DNA of 64,000 nucleotides from an uncultured Gammaproteobacteria bacterium (GCA_963808975.1 CAWEHR010000006.1:222394-286393); one strand, 5' to 3'; counted from the stretch's first letter, positions 9,292 to 19,963 are shown. The notes: generated from the letters alone by a model not told the origin. Numbers and translations: made by a program.

Positions 9292-11907
9292 CTAAACGCC
9301 GTTCCCGGTGTAGATGAAGCCGTGCCGGGCCAGCCACTTTTCCGCTTCCACCACCAGCAGCACGGTGGAGGAGAGCAACAGGCACAGGGCGAGATCGGCG
9401 GCGGGCAGCGGCTGGGTGTGAAAGATGCTGTTGAGGGCCGGCAGGTAGATCACCGCCAGCTGCAACAGCAGGGTAATGCCCACGGCAAACAGCATGGGGC
9501 GATTGCTGAAAAAGCCAATAGTGAGTATCGAGGCGGTATCACTGCGCACCGCCATGGAGTGGAACAATTGCGATACGGTGAGCACAGTGAACACCACAGT
9601 CTGCCAGTGAGCCGCCTCGCTGTTGATGGCCCAGGCCATGGCGGCGATGGAAATGCCGGCGATATACAGCCCCACCCAAATGATGTGCTGCCACATACCG
9701 TGCGCGAAAATGCTCTCCCGCGGCGGGCGCGGGGGCCGCGTCATCACGCCGGGTTCGGCGGGCTCGGCACTGAAGGCAAGGCCCGGCAGGCCATCGGTGA
9801 CCAGGTTGATCCACAGGATATGGATCGGCAGCAGGGGGATGGGAAGACCCATGAAAGGCGCCAGCAACAGGGTCCAGATTTCCCCGGAGTTGGAGCTCAT
9901 GGTGTCTTTGATGAACTTGCGTATGTTGTCGAAAATGGTGCGCCCGGAACGCACGGCGCGGACGATGGTGGCGAAGTTGTCGTCCAGCAGCACCATGTCC
10001 GCCGCCTCCCGTGCCACGTCAGTGCCTTTCATGCCCATGGCAATCCCGATGCTGGCCCGCTTGAGGGCCGGCGCGTCATTGACCCCGTCACCGGTCATGG
10101 CAACGAACTCACCGCGCTCCTGTAGCGCTTTGACGATGTCGAGTTTCTGCTCCGGCGAGACCCGGGCGAATACGCGGGTGTGTTGCACTGCCTGTGCCAG
10201 TTCCGTGTCACTCAGCGACGACAATTGATCGCCACTCAGGGTGGCGCCCCCATCAGCGATACCCAGTCGTGCGGCAATTGCTGTGGCGGTGGCGGGGTGA
10301 TCGCCGGTAATCATCATCGGCTTGATGCCCGCGGTCAGGCAGTCCGCCACCGCCTGCGAGACCTCCGGCCGGGGCGGATCGATAAGCGCCACCAGCCCAA
10401 GGAAGTCCAGCTGCTGCTCAACGATGTCTGTGCCTGAATGTTCGGGCAGCGCATCGAATTCGCGCCGGGCAAAAGCCAGTATGCGGTAGCCTTGTGCTGC
10501 CATGGACTCTGCCTCTGCCAACAGGGTATCTGCGGACCAGGTGCTGTCATCCTGGCCGTATATCTGCCGGCACAGGGGCAGCAGTTGTTCCGGCGCACCC
10601 TTGACATAGGCCACCACTCCCGCCGGTTGCCGGTGTAGCGTCGACATGCGTTTGCGGTTGCTGTCGAAGGCCAGGGTAGCTTCCCGTGGGAGGTCCTGCA
10701 GCAACTGCTGCTTGTCGAATCCCGCCGTCCTCGCCGCCTGGCAAAGGGCCAGTTCCGTGGGCTCACCCACCAGTTCTTCATCCTGCCACGCCACGTCATT
10801 GTTCAGCGCCATGGCGGTCCCCAACTCGGCGGCGCCATCCTGTTCAGACAGTTGCTGCTGCCAATTTCCGCCGTAACAGTAGTGTTCAACCGTCATGCGA
10901 TTCTGGGTCAGGGTGCCGGTCTTATCGGCACAGATGCAGGTCACGGAGCCGAGGGTTTCCACTGCCGGCAGGTTGCGAATGAGCGCCTTGTGGCGCGCCA
11001 GTTTGCGCGCCCCCAGGGCCAGCGACACGGTGATCACCGCCGGCAAGGCCTCGGGGATCGCCGCGACCGCGAGGCTGACCGAGGTCAGGAACATCAGCAA
11101 TACAGGCTGGCCCTGCGACAGGCCCGCGACAAAGACGATGGCGCAGATCGCCAGCACGGCCAGGGCCAGGTAACGGCCGAAGCGGGTGAGGCGCTGCTGT
11201 AATGGCGTCTTTACCCTGGACTCCGTCTGCAACAGTTCGGCGATACGGCCCATCTCGGTAGCCAGGCCGGTGGCCACCACCAGGCCGGTGGCTGAACCCT
11301 GGGTTACCAGACTGCCGCGAAACGCCATGTTCCGCTGATCGCCCGGAGAATGGCATGCCTCGTTGATGACTTCGACCTGCTTCGACACGGGCACCGATTC
11401 ACCGGTGAGGGCCGACTCGTCGGTGGACATGTCTTCGACCGCCAGCAGGCGCAGGTCGGCCGGCACCACGTTGCCCGCCTCCAGCAGCACCACATCGCCA
11501 GGGACCAATTGCCCGGCCTCGACAGTCACCACCGCCTCATCGCGTAGCACCCGTGCATCCGGTGCGGCCATCTTGCGCATGGCGGCGATAGCGTTATCGG
11601 CGCGGCGCTCCTGCACCGTGCCTACCAGGGCGTTGAGCAGCACGATCACCAGGATGGCGATGGTGTCCTCTGGATCGCCTATCAACCCCGAAACCAGGGC
11701 GGCGGCCAACAGCACCATCACCATGAAATCACCGAACTGTGACAGCGCCAGCGCCAGCAGGGAGCGTCGACCGCGCTCCGGCAGCGCGTTGACACCATAC
11801 CGTGCCAGCCGCTCGGCGGCCTCGGCGCTGCCCAGTCCGTCAGCGCCAGCCTCCAGTCGCTGCAGTGCCTCGGCGCTGCTGAGGGTATACCAGTTGACTG
11901 GCTGCAT
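9292..11907 (-). CDS. Cation-translocating P-type ATPase (type II, Ca2+/Mg2+-like)
   Basis: 871 aa. TGES, phosphorylation site CADKTGTLT, hinge MTGDGVNDAPALK, IPEALPAVITVSLA in M4, about 10 TM segments. Confidence 0.92.
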   Translation of the reverse strand: MQPVNWYTLSSAEALQRLEAGADGLGSAEAAERLARYGVNALPERGRRSLLALALSQFGDFMVMVLLAAALVSGLIGDPEDTIAILVIVLLNALVGTVQERRADNAIAAMRKMAAPDARVLRDEAVVTVEAGQLVPGDVVLLEAGNVVPADLRLLAVEDMSTDESALTGESVPVSKQVEVINEACHSPGDQRNMAFRGSLVTQGSATGLVVATGLATEMGRIAELLQTESRVKTPLQQRLTRFGRYLALAVLAICAIVFVAGLSQGQPVLLMFLTSVSLAVAAIPEALPAVITVSLALGARKLARHKALIRNLPAVETLGSVTCICADKTGTLTQNRMTVEHYCYGGNWQQQLSEQDGAAELGTAMALNNDVAWQDEELVGEPTELALCQAARTAGFDKQQLLQDLPREATLAFDSNRKRMSTLHRQPAGVVAYVKGAPEQLLPLCRQIYGQDDSTWSADTLLAEAESMAAQGYRILAFARREFDALPEHSGTDIVEQQLDFLGLVALIDPPRPEVSQAVADCLTAGIKPMMITGDHPATATAIAARLGIADGGATLSGDQLSSLSDTELAQAVQHTRVFARVSPEQKLDIVKALQERGEFVAMTGDGVNDAPALKRASIGIAMGMKGTDVAREAADMVLLDDNFATIVRAVRSGRTIFDNIRKFIKDTMSSNSGEIWTLLLAPFMGLPIPLLPIHILWINLVTDGLPGLAFSAEPAEPGVMTRPPRPPRESIFAHGMWQHIIWVGLYIAGISIAAMAWAINSEAAHWQTVVFTVLTVSQLFHSMAVRSDTASILTIGFFSNRPMLFAVGITLLLQLAVIYLPALNSIFHTQPLPAADLALCLLLSSTVLLVVEAEKWLARHGFIYTGNGV

Positions 11908-11911
11908 CCTG

Positions 11912-12295
11912 TTACCGCGTCAGCCAGTAAATCAGCGCCACCGTGGTGCCGGCGATCAACAGGGTGCGAAGTCCACTTTGCACCCAGGGCACCTCGGCAA
12001 TCTGCCCCAGCAGAATACCCAGAAGGAAAATAAGGGCCGCTGCCACGGCGACTGCGCTATACAGCGGAGAGAGCGGCAGTTGCAAGCCCGCCTGGGCCAG
12101 CCACAGTGGGCTGATGATAAGCAGGGAGATAGCCAGTGGCGAGGTTCCGTTGACCAGGGCCACCAGCACCGGAACCCAACGGGCAGCCCGACCATGAGCC
12201 GAAGCGCCCAGACCGGCAAGCTGCTGGCAGAACTCCAGCGCGGTGGGCCGGTGTGGCTTCAGCACATCGAGCACCAGGCCTTTGACAGCGATCAT
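11912..12295 (-). CDS. Small membrane protein: DUF211-like N-terminal about 30 aa joined to a VIT1/TIGR00267-like C-terminal TM region
   Basis: GGAGG 7 nt upstream of ATG at 12295. N-terminus MIAVKGLVLDVLKPHRPTALEF resembles DUF211. C-terminus ...SPLAISLLIISPLW...GLRTLLIAGTTVALIYWL resembles VIT-family ends. Stop lies 4 nt before the ATPase start. Confidence 0.55.
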   Translation of the reverse strand: MIAVKGLVLDVLKPHRPTALEFCQQLAGLGASAHGRAARWVPVLVALVNGTSPLAISLLIISPLWLAQAGLQLPLSPLYSAVAVAAALIFLLGILLGQIAEVPWVQSGLRTLLIAGTTVALIYWLTR

Positions 12296-12741
12296 GGCGT
12301 TCCTCCACAGTTTCGCACCCATGATAGATGAGCCGGCTGGATACAAACAATGATCTGCATCCTGTTCATGCGCTTCGCCCCGGTACGTAACCTCTGTCAA
12401 GTGACGGGCGTTACGGCGGATAATTTTTTATGATAGTTGGGGGTGCACTTCAGAAGCCATTGACTGAGCGGACTGGCGGTACTAGCGTAGCAAGCCGTGA
12501 TTTCCGCTACGCAGCCATTAGAGCAATCGACGCCCGCGTGTTTCTCGCCATGCGATACTGCCCCGGCACATGAGGAACGAGGACAATGATACTGCGCACT
12601 ATGCACCTGTGATGTGAACAAGCCGTGCGCCACCAACAGTTATCTTGCCGAGTAAAAACATGACATAGACCCGGGAGCCGGGTGCGCCGGGTGAAACCGG
12701 TATCCCCCTCACGACAGTCAACGGCATTATCTGGAGTCGGA

Positions 12742-13554
12742 ATGACTAACAAACCCCTGCCCGCCGCCACCATCATCCTGTTGCACGAGGATGAGAACGG
12801 CTTGCAAGCTTTTATGCAGGAGCGCCATCGCGATAGCGGCGCCTTCAGTAGCATGTTGGTGTTCCCCGGTGGTAAGGTCGACGCCGGTGATCGCGACCCG
12901 CGCTGGACTGACCACTGCAGTGGCGGAGACGACAGCGACCCAGAGCAGTTAGCGCACCGGATAGCGGCTATTCGCGAAAGCTTCGAGGAGAGTGGCGTGC
13001 TGCTGGCCAGGGCTGAGGGTGAGCTTAGCCTGCTGGACGGTGCTCGGGTGGCCGCCCTGGCGAACTACCGGGCCAGCCTGCAAAGTGGCGCGCTCGAGTT
13101 CATGGTTTTCGTCAGGCAACAGCGCCTGCGCCTTGCCTGTGACGCGCTCGCCTACTTCGCCCACTGGATTACGCCAGCTTTTGAATCGCGTCGTTTCGAT
13201 ACCCGATTTTTTCTGGCGCGGGTGCCGCACAGCCAGCGACAACTGCTGGGACACGACGGCTTCGAGACCGTCGATTCCACCTGGGTTACACCTGCCGACG
13301 CGATCGAAGATGCCAGGGCAGGGCGCCGCAAACTGATTTTTCCCACTGTCCGCAACCTGGAGAGGCTGGCCCGGTATTCGAGTGTCGAGATGGCGCAGCG
13401 GGACTGCCTGGCGACGCCCGTCGTTACCATCGAACCGGAAATCGACATGCGCGAGGATGGGGTATACGTGCGCATTCCGGCCGATGCGGGCTACCCGGTT
13501 TGCGAAGAGCGCATTCCCGACGCCGTGCTGAAAAACCTGCCGGGCAATAAATAA
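12742..13554 (+). CDS. NUDIX-family hydrolase
   Basis: GGAG upstream of ATG 12742. VFPGGKVD ... IAAIRESFEESGVLLA is a Nudix-box-like REx2EExGU with an extended insert. Confidence 0.75.
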   Translation: MTNKPLPAATIILLHEDENGLQAFMQERHRDSGAFSSMLVFPGGKVDAGDRDPRWTDHCSGGDDSDPEQLAHRIAAIRESFEESGVLLARAEGELSLLDGARVAALANYRASLQSGALEFMVFVRQQRLRLACDALAYFAHWITPAFESRRFDTRFFLARVPHSQRQLLGHDGFETVDSTWVTPADAIEDARAGRRKLIFPTVRNLERLARYSSVEMAQRDCLATPVVTIEPEIDMREDGVYVRIPADAGYPVCEERIPDAVLKNLPGNK

Positions 13555-13638
13555 ATGGCGCTGCGAACGGGTGCGGGGGGATGAAGCTGGGGCGGGCCGC
13601 GCAAAGCTCTGCGGCACTGCTATCGGGTCAGCAATAGG

Positions 13639-14586
13639 CTACCGGGTCAGCAATCGTCGCAACAGTCCGTCCTGCTCGCGCTCCAGTTCTCGTTGCGCCA
13701 GCATGTCTTCCAGTTGCCTTTCAATTTCCTTCGCTACCCTGCTGCGCAGTGAGCGCAGCCTGGCGGGGGTGAGCGACCTGCCCTTCAGCGCTTTTAAATC
13801 CACGGGCTTGCCCAGGCCTATATAGCAGCGCTGGGGCTTGGGCAGCCACGAGCCCAGGATGCCGACCGGTATCGGCGCCAGCAGGTCGGGGCGGGTCTCT
13901 TCCGTTAACAGGCCAAGGCGTCGCAGCAGCTGCCCCAGAGCCGAATCCGGAATATCCTCGCCCTCGATCAGGTGGTCATAAAAGTCATCGGGGCCAACCA
14001 TGCCAAAGGGCATGATGGTATAGCCATGCTGTGCCGCCAGTTTGACGAAGCCGTAACGCTGTCTCCATTGCAGGGTATAAAGATCACGCTTGGGTTTAAC
14101 GGCCTCGTGAGCACCCCCTGGAAATACCAGCAGGTCATGGCCGGCTTCCATCAGTGCCGAGCACACTTGCGGGTGTCCGACCACCGCGCCCCTGCTGAGC
14201 AGCAGGTTTTCGCTGCTGGGCAGGCTGAACAGAAAGCGGTCCCCCAGGGGGCGAAGGAAGCGCCCGTATTGTTTCTGCATCACCGGATTCAGCACCATAC
14301 CGTCCAGCGCGAACAGGGAGTGGTTGCCCACAAACAGGCAGGGCTTTTCAGGCAGGTTTTCGGCACCGAAGACCCGCGGCTTGAACAGCTGCTGGATGAT
14401 GCGATAGCCGAGCTCGAACTCGATGCCGGATGGTGGATCCGCTGCCAATGCCTTCTCAATATGACGCCGCAGCCTGGGATCGTCCTGGGGCTGGACGTCC
14501 TTCACCGGAGCCGTTTTTGCTCTCTTGGTTTTGGTTTTGGTTTTGGTTTTGGTTTTCGCCCTGGATTCTGGTTCTTTCTCTTCCAT
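13639..14586 (-). CDS. LPLAT-superfamily (PlsC/MGAT-like) acyltransferase with N-terminal Lys-Thr repeat tail
   Basis: VGNHSLFALDG (histidine motif region) and VFPGGAHEA motifs. N-terminus MEEKEPESRAKTKTKTKTKTKRAK. Confidence 0.75.
   Translation of the reverse strand: MEEKEPESRAKTKTKTKTKTKRAKTAPVKDVQPQDDPRLRRHIEKALAADPPSGIEFELGYRIIQQLFKPRVFGAENLPEKPCLFVGNHSLFALDGMVLNPVMQKQYGRFLRPLGDRFLFSLPSSENLLLSRGAVVGHPQVCSALMEAGHDLLVFPGGAHEAVKPKRDLYTLQWRQRYGFVKLAAQHGYTIMPFGMVGPDDFYDHLIEGEDIPDSALGQLLRRLGLLTEETRPDLLAPIPVGILGSWLPKPQRCYIGLGKPVDLKALKGRSLTPARLRSLRSRVAKEIERQLEDMLAQRELEREQDGLLRRLLTR
14527..14556. repeat. Hexanucleotide microsatellite (GGTTTT)x5 inside the acyltransferase 5' end, encoding (KT)n
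   Basis: Read directly. In frame (6 nt = 2 codons). Confidence 0.95.
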
Positions 14587-14652
14587 AATTCATGCCGCTG
14601 GTATGAGGTGACCTGTCAAGACTATACCTGCGAGCCGACCGCATGTCATGGC

Positions 14653-16053
14653 TTATACCGGTACCGTTTGTCGATTCTGGAAACCCCAGTAAAGGCAGGC
14701 TGCCGCGCACAGGGCAAAGCCGATGGAAAGAATAAAATACCAGTGCACCACCGCGAGCAGTTCGCCATAGACATCCGGGGTGATGAGCGCGCCACCGATC
14801 TGGATATTGAGCAGTGCCGATATAATGCCGATGCTGATGAACCCACCCATCATGCGCATGGTATTGATGGCGGCGGAGGCACTGCCCAGATTTTCCAGGG
14901 TGACCGTCGCCAGCGCTGCGTGAATGATCGGCGTGTCGATCAGCCCCGCTCCCGCCCCAATCAGGCACAACGCCGCAACCACTTCGAACAGGCTTGATCC
15001 GGCATCGATGCGGCACAATAGCAGCAGCCCGGAGGCTACGATCAACACCCCGCTGATAGCAATGTAGTGGCTGGAATAGCGCTCTGATAACAAACCGCTG
15101 AACGGCGCCACCAGAGCGGTAAAGATGGCCTGGGAGATAAGAATCAAGCCGGCGGCCTGGGCGCTGATGGCTTTGATGTATTGCAGATAAAGGGTGATGA
15201 TAAACGGCAGCGAGAACAGGCCCACGTAAATGCAAAGGGTGGCCAGGCAGCTGAAACCAAATAATCGATTGCGGACGAACAGGCCCAGCTCGATCAGCGG
15301 GTCGGTTTTTACCATCTGTTGCCAACAGAAGCCGGCCAGCAAGGCGAGTCCGAGGGCTATCGTCAACTGCCCTGTGAGTGTGTTGATATTCTGCACGCCG
15401 GGAGCCAGTGCCAGGATCGCCAGGGTGTAAATGACACTGCCGCTGACATCGAAACGGCCATCGCGCTTGCCGAAGCGCTCCCATTTGAGACCCAGGGCAC
15501 CAACCAGTGATGCCAGCAACAATACTGGCACGGGTAGAAAAAACACCATGCGCCAGCTCAAATGGTCGATGACGTAGCCGCCCATGAGTGGTCCGCTGAC
15601 GATGCCCAGGTAGCAGAACGCGGCGTAGATACCGGTAACGCGTCCGCGCTTTTCTATGGGTGTAATGCCGTTGATCAGCGCCAGGCCATTGCCAAAAATA
15701 ATGGCGTTGCCCATACCCTGCAAAAAGCGACAGGCCATCAGGGTGGGGCTGTTTTGTGCCACGGCGCCGAGCAGCGACGCCAATGCGGCTAACAGCATGC
15801 CGAGCACAAACAGGCGCTTGCGGCCAAAGCGATCGCCCAGGCGCGCGGCGGGTAACATAAAGCTGACGTTACCGATCACCAGGGTCATGGTAAACCAGCT
15901 GATGGTGCGGGCGTCCAGCGCGAGTTCGCGGGCAATAGCCGGGATGGCCAGAGTGGACGAGTGCACCAGCAGGGGCGCGATAAAGCAGCCGAGTATAATG
16001 ATGCCGATAGAAAGTCGTGGGCGGCTGACAGCGATGTTTGGGTTGTCTGGCAA
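14653..16053 (-). CDS. MFS transporter (DHA2/EmrB-like, about 14 TM)
   Basis: 466 aa, highly hydrophobic. MFS motif A-like GDRFGRKRLF between TM2 and TM3. Confidence 0.85.
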   Translation of the reverse strand: MPDNPNIAVSRPRLSIGIIILGCFIAPLLVHSSTLAIPAIARELALDARTISWFTMTLVIGNVSFMLPAARLGDRFGRKRLFVLGMLLAALASLLGAVAQNSPTLMACRFLQGMGNAIIFGNGLALINGITPIEKRGRVTGIYAAFCYLGIVSGPLMGGYVIDHLSWRMVFFLPVPVLLLASLVGALGLKWERFGKRDGRFDVSGSVIYTLAILALAPGVQNINTLTGQLTIALGLALLAGFCWQQMVKTDPLIELGLFVRNRLFGFSCLATLCIYVGLFSLPFIITLYLQYIKAISAQAAGLILISQAIFTALVAPFSGLLSERYSSHYIAISGVLIVASGLLLLCRIDAGSSLFEVVAALCLIGAGAGLIDTPIIHAALATVTLENLGSASAAINTMRMMGGFISIGIISALLNIQIGGALITPDVYGELLAVVHWYFILSIGFALCAAACLYWGFQNRQTVPV

Positions 16054-16330
16054 GAAAACAACTCCCGGGGCAGCACAAGGCGGCGAGCAGATTCTACGGT
16101 AGCTTCACCATATAGATTCTTCTGCTCGCCCACCAGTGCTGTGGTGGTATTCATCAACCCAAAAGTGCTGTTGGTTTTGATTGACTAATATTAGATATTA
16201 TTGATATAAGCCAATGTATGTATATGAAAACCATGCATACTAAGCAGCCTGGGTGGTAAGGGTTCAAGGTAGCAAGACACGATTCTTTATTTTGCCCGGC
16301 GAGTAAAAACAGAACAAGCAGGAGATGCTC

Positions 16331-17617
16331 ATGGCTCACATCGTAATTTTAGGCGCCGGGATAGGCGGCATGCCCCTGGCCTACGAAATGAAAGCGCTGG
16401 CGCGCCCCAGTGACCAGGTGACGGTAATCAGTGATTCGCCGGTCTTTCACTTCGTTCCGTCCAACCCCTGGGTGGCGGTGGACTGGAGGAAGCGCGCGGA
16501 TATCGAGATCGACATAACCGCCCCGCTGTCGCGCAAGGGTATTGGCGCCATCACCCAGGCCGCCAGGCGGGTGCATGTCGAACAAAACCAGGTGGAGTTG
16601 CTGGACGGCACACGGGTGGACTACGATTTTCTGGTGATAGCAACCGGCCCCAAACTGGCCTTCGACGAGGTCGAGGGGCTGGGCCCCGACGGCTTTTCCC
16701 AGTCCGTGTGCCACGTGTCCCACGCCGAGCAAGCCAAGATCAACTGGGACAAGTTCGTTGCCGATCCCGGTCCGGTGGTGGTGGGGGCGGTACAGGGCGC
16801 ATCCTGTTTCGGCCCCGCTTATGAGTTCGCAATGATCATGGACACCGACCTGCGCAAGCGCAAGATACGCGACCAGGTACCCATGACCTATGTCACGCCG
16901 GAGCCCTATATCGGTCACCTGGGTCTCGGTGGCGTAGGTGATTCCAAGGGCATGCTGGAGTCGGTGATGCGCGATCGCCATATCAAGTGGATCTGCAACG
17001 CCAAGACCACGAGGATTGAAGACGGCAAAATGTACGTCACCGAGTACAACGATGACGGCGAGCCGAAAAAGGAGCATGTGCTGCCGTTCAAGCACAGCAT
17101 GATGTTACCGGCGTTCAAGGGGGTCGATGCCGTTTATGGCATCGAGGGCCTGACCAATCCCCGCGGCTTCATCATTATCGACGAACACCAGCGCAACCCC
17201 ACTTACAAGAACATTTTCAGCGTCGGTGTCTGTGTCGCGATACCGCCGGTCGAGGAGACCCCGTTGCCGGTGGGCACTCCCAAGACGGGGTATATGATCG
17301 AGTCCATGGTAACTGCCACCGCACACAATATTCGGGAAATCATGGATGGCAAGGAGCCCAGCCACAAGGCGACGTGGAATACCTTATGCCTGGCGGACTT
17401 CGGTGACACCGGCGCTGCCTTTGTAGCATTGCCGCAAATACCACCGCGCAATGTCAGCTGGTTTGGCGAGGGCAAGTGGGTGCATTTCGCCAAGATCGGT
17501 TTCGAGAAATACTTCCTGCGCAAGATGAAGAAAGGTACCTCGGAGCCGTTTTACGAAAAAGCCGTGATGAATATGATGGGGATCACCAAGCTCAAGGACA
17601 AGATCACCGGGAACTAG
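16331..17617 (+). CDS. sqr: Sulfide:quinone oxidoreductase (type I SQR)
   Basis: [18 protein letters not shown] fold. Long colinear similarity to the Acidithiobacillus SQR as I recall it ([46 protein letters not shown]). AGGAG 8 nt upstream of ATG 16331. Confidence 0.9.
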   Translation: MAHIVILGAGIGGMPLAYEMKALARPSDQVTVISDSPVFHFVPSNPWVAVDWRKRADIEIDITAPLSRKGIGAITQAARRVHVEQNQVELLDGTRVDYDFLVIATGPKLAFDEVEGLGPDGFSQSVCHVSHAEQAKINWDKFVADPGPVVVGAVQGASCFGPAYEFAMIMDTDLRKRKIRDQVPMTYVTPEPYIGHLGLGGVGDSKGMLESVMRDRHIKWICNAKTTRIEDGKMYVTEYNDDGEPKKEHVLPFKHSMMLPAFKGVDAVYGIEGLTNPRGFIIIDEHQRNPTYKNIFSVGVCVAIPPVEETPLPVGTPKTGYMIESMVTATAHNIREIMDGKEPSHKATWNTLCLADFGDTGAAFVALPQIPPRNVSWFGEGKWVHFAKIGFEKYFLRKMKKGTSEPFYEKAVMNMMGITKLKDKITGN

Positions 17618-18671
17618 TGTCAGGCCCGGCACGGAAATGGTGTCGGGTGCGGTTGGCGAATGTCACCAGCGACAGCATCACCGGCACCTCAACCAGCACG
17701 CCCACAACCGTGGCCAGGGCTGCCCCGGAGTGCAAACCGAACAGGCTGATGGCCACCGCCACCGCGAGCTCGAAGAAGTTGGAGGTGCCTATCAGCGCGG
17801 CGGGTGCTGCGGTGGTGAACGGTACACGCCACAGATATCCCCAGGCGTAGGCTATGGCAAAGATGCCGTAACTCTGGATCAGCAGCGGAATGGCTATCAG
17901 GGCGATCACCATCGGCTTGGCAACGATGGTTTGTGCCTGGAATCCGAATAGCAGTACCACGGTTGCCAGCAGCCCCATGATGGAGAAGGGCTTTATCCTG
18001 GCCGTGAACTCGCTGATGCGATGCTGATCTGGGTCCTTGTCCAGCAATCTGCGCGTCACATAGCCCGCCGCCAGGGGTATGATCACATAGAGCACAACCG
18101 ACAGCAGCAGGGTTTCCCAGGGGACCACGATGTCGCTGACACCGAGCAGGAACGCCGCGATCGGGGCGAAAGCAAACACCATAATGATGTCGTTGATCGA
18201 GACCTGTACCAGCGTGTAATTGGCATCGCCGCGCACCAGCTGGCTCCACACGAATACCATGGCGGTGCAGGGAGCGACCCCCAGCAGGATCATGCCGGCG
18301 ATATACTCCTTGGCGGTTTGCGGATCGACCAAGGGGGCGAAAATGTGTTCAAAAAACAGGATGCCCAGCGCCGCCATGGTAAAGGGTTTGATCAACCAGT
18401 TCACCACCAGGGTGATGCAGAGGCCCTTGGGTTTCTTGCCGACGTCCTGGAGGGATGAAAAGTCGACATTGACCATCATCGGGTAAATCATGATCCAGAT
18501 GAATACCGCGACCACCAGGTTGACATTGGCGTATTCCAGCGCTGCGATACCCTCGAATAGTTGCGGCAATACCACCCCCAGGCCCACCCCTCCCAGTATG
18601 CAGAGGCCGACCCACACCGACAAATAGCGCTCGAACAATCCCATGGGTGAAGCGGCGGTATCGGTGCTCAT
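17604..18671 (-). CDS. acr3: ACR3-family arsenite efflux permease
   Basis: [17 protein letters not shown] ... IYPMM ... typical ACR3 sequence. 355 aa. 4-nt overlap with arsC. Confidence 0.92.
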   Translation of the reverse strand: MSTDTAASPMGLFERYLSVWVGLCILGGVGLGVVLPQLFEGIAALEYANVNLVVAVFIWIMIYPMMVNVDFSSLQDVGKKPKGLCITLVVNWLIKPFTMAALGILFFEHIFAPLVDPQTAKEYIAGMILLGVAPCTAMVFVWSQLVRGDANYTLVQVSINDIIMVFAFAPIAAFLLGVSDIVVPWETLLLSVVLYVIIPLAAGYVTRRLLDKDPDQHRISEFTARIKPFSIMGLLATVVLLFGFQAQTIVAKPMVIALIAIPLLIQSYGIFAIAYAWGYLWRVPFTTAAPAALIGTSNFFELAVAVAISLFGLHSGAALATVVGVLVEVPVMLSLVTFANRTRHHFRAGPDTSSR

Positions 18672-19078
18672 GATAATTCGGTCTCGACACGGTTGCGGAG
18701 CAGCTCGAAGGCGATGTCAAAGGCCTTGTCGCGCTGTTGCTCGGTGCCCTCGGCGGCCGCAGGGTCTGGTGTGCTCCAGTGGAGAACGGTGGACTTGCCG
18801 AGAAACAGCGGGCAAGGTTCGCCCGCGGCCAGGTCGCACACGGTAATGACCAGGTCGAAGATCTGGTCGCTGAACTCATGCCAGGATTTACTCCGGGGTA
18901 GACCGGGATCGATACCGTGGCGCTGTAGTGTCTCGATCGCTTTGGGGTGCACGCAGCCCGTGGGTGCACTGCCCGCACTCACTGCCCGGTAGCGTCCGCA
19001 CCGCAGCTGGTTAATGAGCGCTTCGGCCATCACCGAGCGAGAGGAGTTGCCGGTGCACACTACCAGTACACGTTGCAT
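18668..19078 (-). CDS. arsC: Arsenate reductase, LMW-PTP (thioredoxin-coupled) type
   Basis: CTGNSSRS P-loop ([16 protein letters not shown]), downstream Cys residues. 136 aa. Confidence 0.9.
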   Translation of the reverse strand: MQRVLVVCTGNSSRSVMAEALINQLRCGRYRAVSAGSAPTGCVHPKAIETLQRHGIDPGLPRSKSWHEFSDQIFDLVITVCDLAAGEPCPLFLGKSTVLHWSTPDPAAAEGTEQQRDKAFDIAFELLRNRVETELS

Positions 19079-19545
19079 CAGCTGCAGCAGCCTTTCGCCC
19101 GTTGCGGCGGCTCACAGCATGCGGCAGAACTGCTCGCAGTTGCGATGTCCTCATCGGCCTGGGCCGGCGCCGCGGAGAACACCTGTACATCGTCCATGGT
19201 GTGGTAGGCCTCCCACGCGACACCCGAGGGATCTTCTACCCACGACTTATTCGAGCGCGCGTAGCAGCACACGGTCTCGCCCTCATCGAATACTGACAAC
19301 TGCGCGCTATTCAAGCGATCGCGTAGGGCTTCCAGTTCCTCCTCATCATCAACCTGCAAGCCCAGGTGGTCGACACCGGTTTTGCCACCGCGGCTGGAGA
19401 TGGCGAAGTTAACTGGTGGGTCCTCCAGCATCCATTTGGCGTAATCGGCCTCGCTCTTGACCGGCTCGGCGCCAAAAAGCGCACTGTAGAAGGCGATGCT
19501 TTGACCCAGGTCTTCTACTCCCACATGTATATGTATCCGCTTCAT
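19078..19545 (-). CDS. arsI: ArsI/CadI-family VOC (glyoxalase-fold) protein, candidate C-As lyase
   Basis: FYSALFGAEPVK..DYAKW, vicinal Cys pair ETVCCYA, Cys-rich tail. Colinear with Bacillus ArsI as I recall it. Confidence 0.8.
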   Translation of the reverse strand: MKRIHIHVGVEDLGQSIAFYSALFGAEPVKSEADYAKWMLEDPPVNFAISSRGGKTGVDHLGLQVDDEEELEALRDRLNSAQLSVFDEGETVCCYARSNKSWVEDPSGVAWEAYHTMDDVQVFSAAPAQADEDIATASSSAACCEPPQRAKGCCS

Positions 19546-19560
19546 TGTTGGTACCTCGCG

Positions 19561-19935
19561 TCAATGGCTGGGTTTGGTTTCGGGCTCACAGCAGCTGGCG
19601 AGCTCGATAATCGAGCAGCCGGTACTGCTATCTTCTCGAATACTGGCGAATTCGACGCTGCAGCAATCCTTGACCATGAAGGCGATAAGGTCCCTGGTGA
19701 CATCGAAATTGGCTGAGTAGATCACCGAGCGACCCTGTTTGCGCGATGAAACCATGCCCGCATTCGACAGGTGATTGAGGTGAAAAGACAGGGTGTTGTG
19801 TGGCGTGCGCAGCTGCTCGCTGATAACCCCGGCGGCCAGCCCCTCGGGTCCCGCCTGCACCAGTAAGCGGAATGCTCGCAGGCGGGTTTCCTGGGAGAGC
19901 GCGTCGAACATGATGATGGCTTGCTGTAATTCCAT
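19561..19935 (-). CDS. arsR: ArsR-family metalloregulator
   Basis: FDALSQETRLRAFRLL winged HTH. C-terminal Cys pairs (DCCS, SCCE). First gene of the ars operon. Confidence 0.9.
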   Translation of the reverse strand: MELQQAIIMFDALSQETRLRAFRLLVQAGPEGLAAGVISEQLRTPHNTLSFHLNHLSNAGMVSSRKQGRSVIYSANFDVTRDLIAFMVKDCCSVEFASIREDSSTGCSIIELASCCEPETKPSH

Positions 19936-19963
19936 ATGTCCAGACTAATAGATATATATAATA

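Noticed and set aside
9265-12331. Plus-strand ORFs 9265..10125 (286 aa) and 11363..12331 (322 aa)
   Set aside because: Lie antisense to the P-type ATPase and the small membrane gene. The translations are Ser/Arg/Gly-rich and carry no domain signatures.
12296-12741. Possible metal riboswitch (for example yybP-ykoY) in the long 5' region of the small-membrane-protein/ATPase operon
   Set aside because: I read the minus strand and found a TTGACA at 12395-12400 but none of the conserved riboswitch sequence blocks I remember. This cannot be supported without a covariance-model scan.
13972-15484. ORFs 13972..14997 (+, 341 aa) and 14456..15484 (-, 342 aa)
   Set aside because: Shadow ORFs overlapping the acyltransferase and MFS genes. 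They have low-complexity, Arg/His-rich translations.
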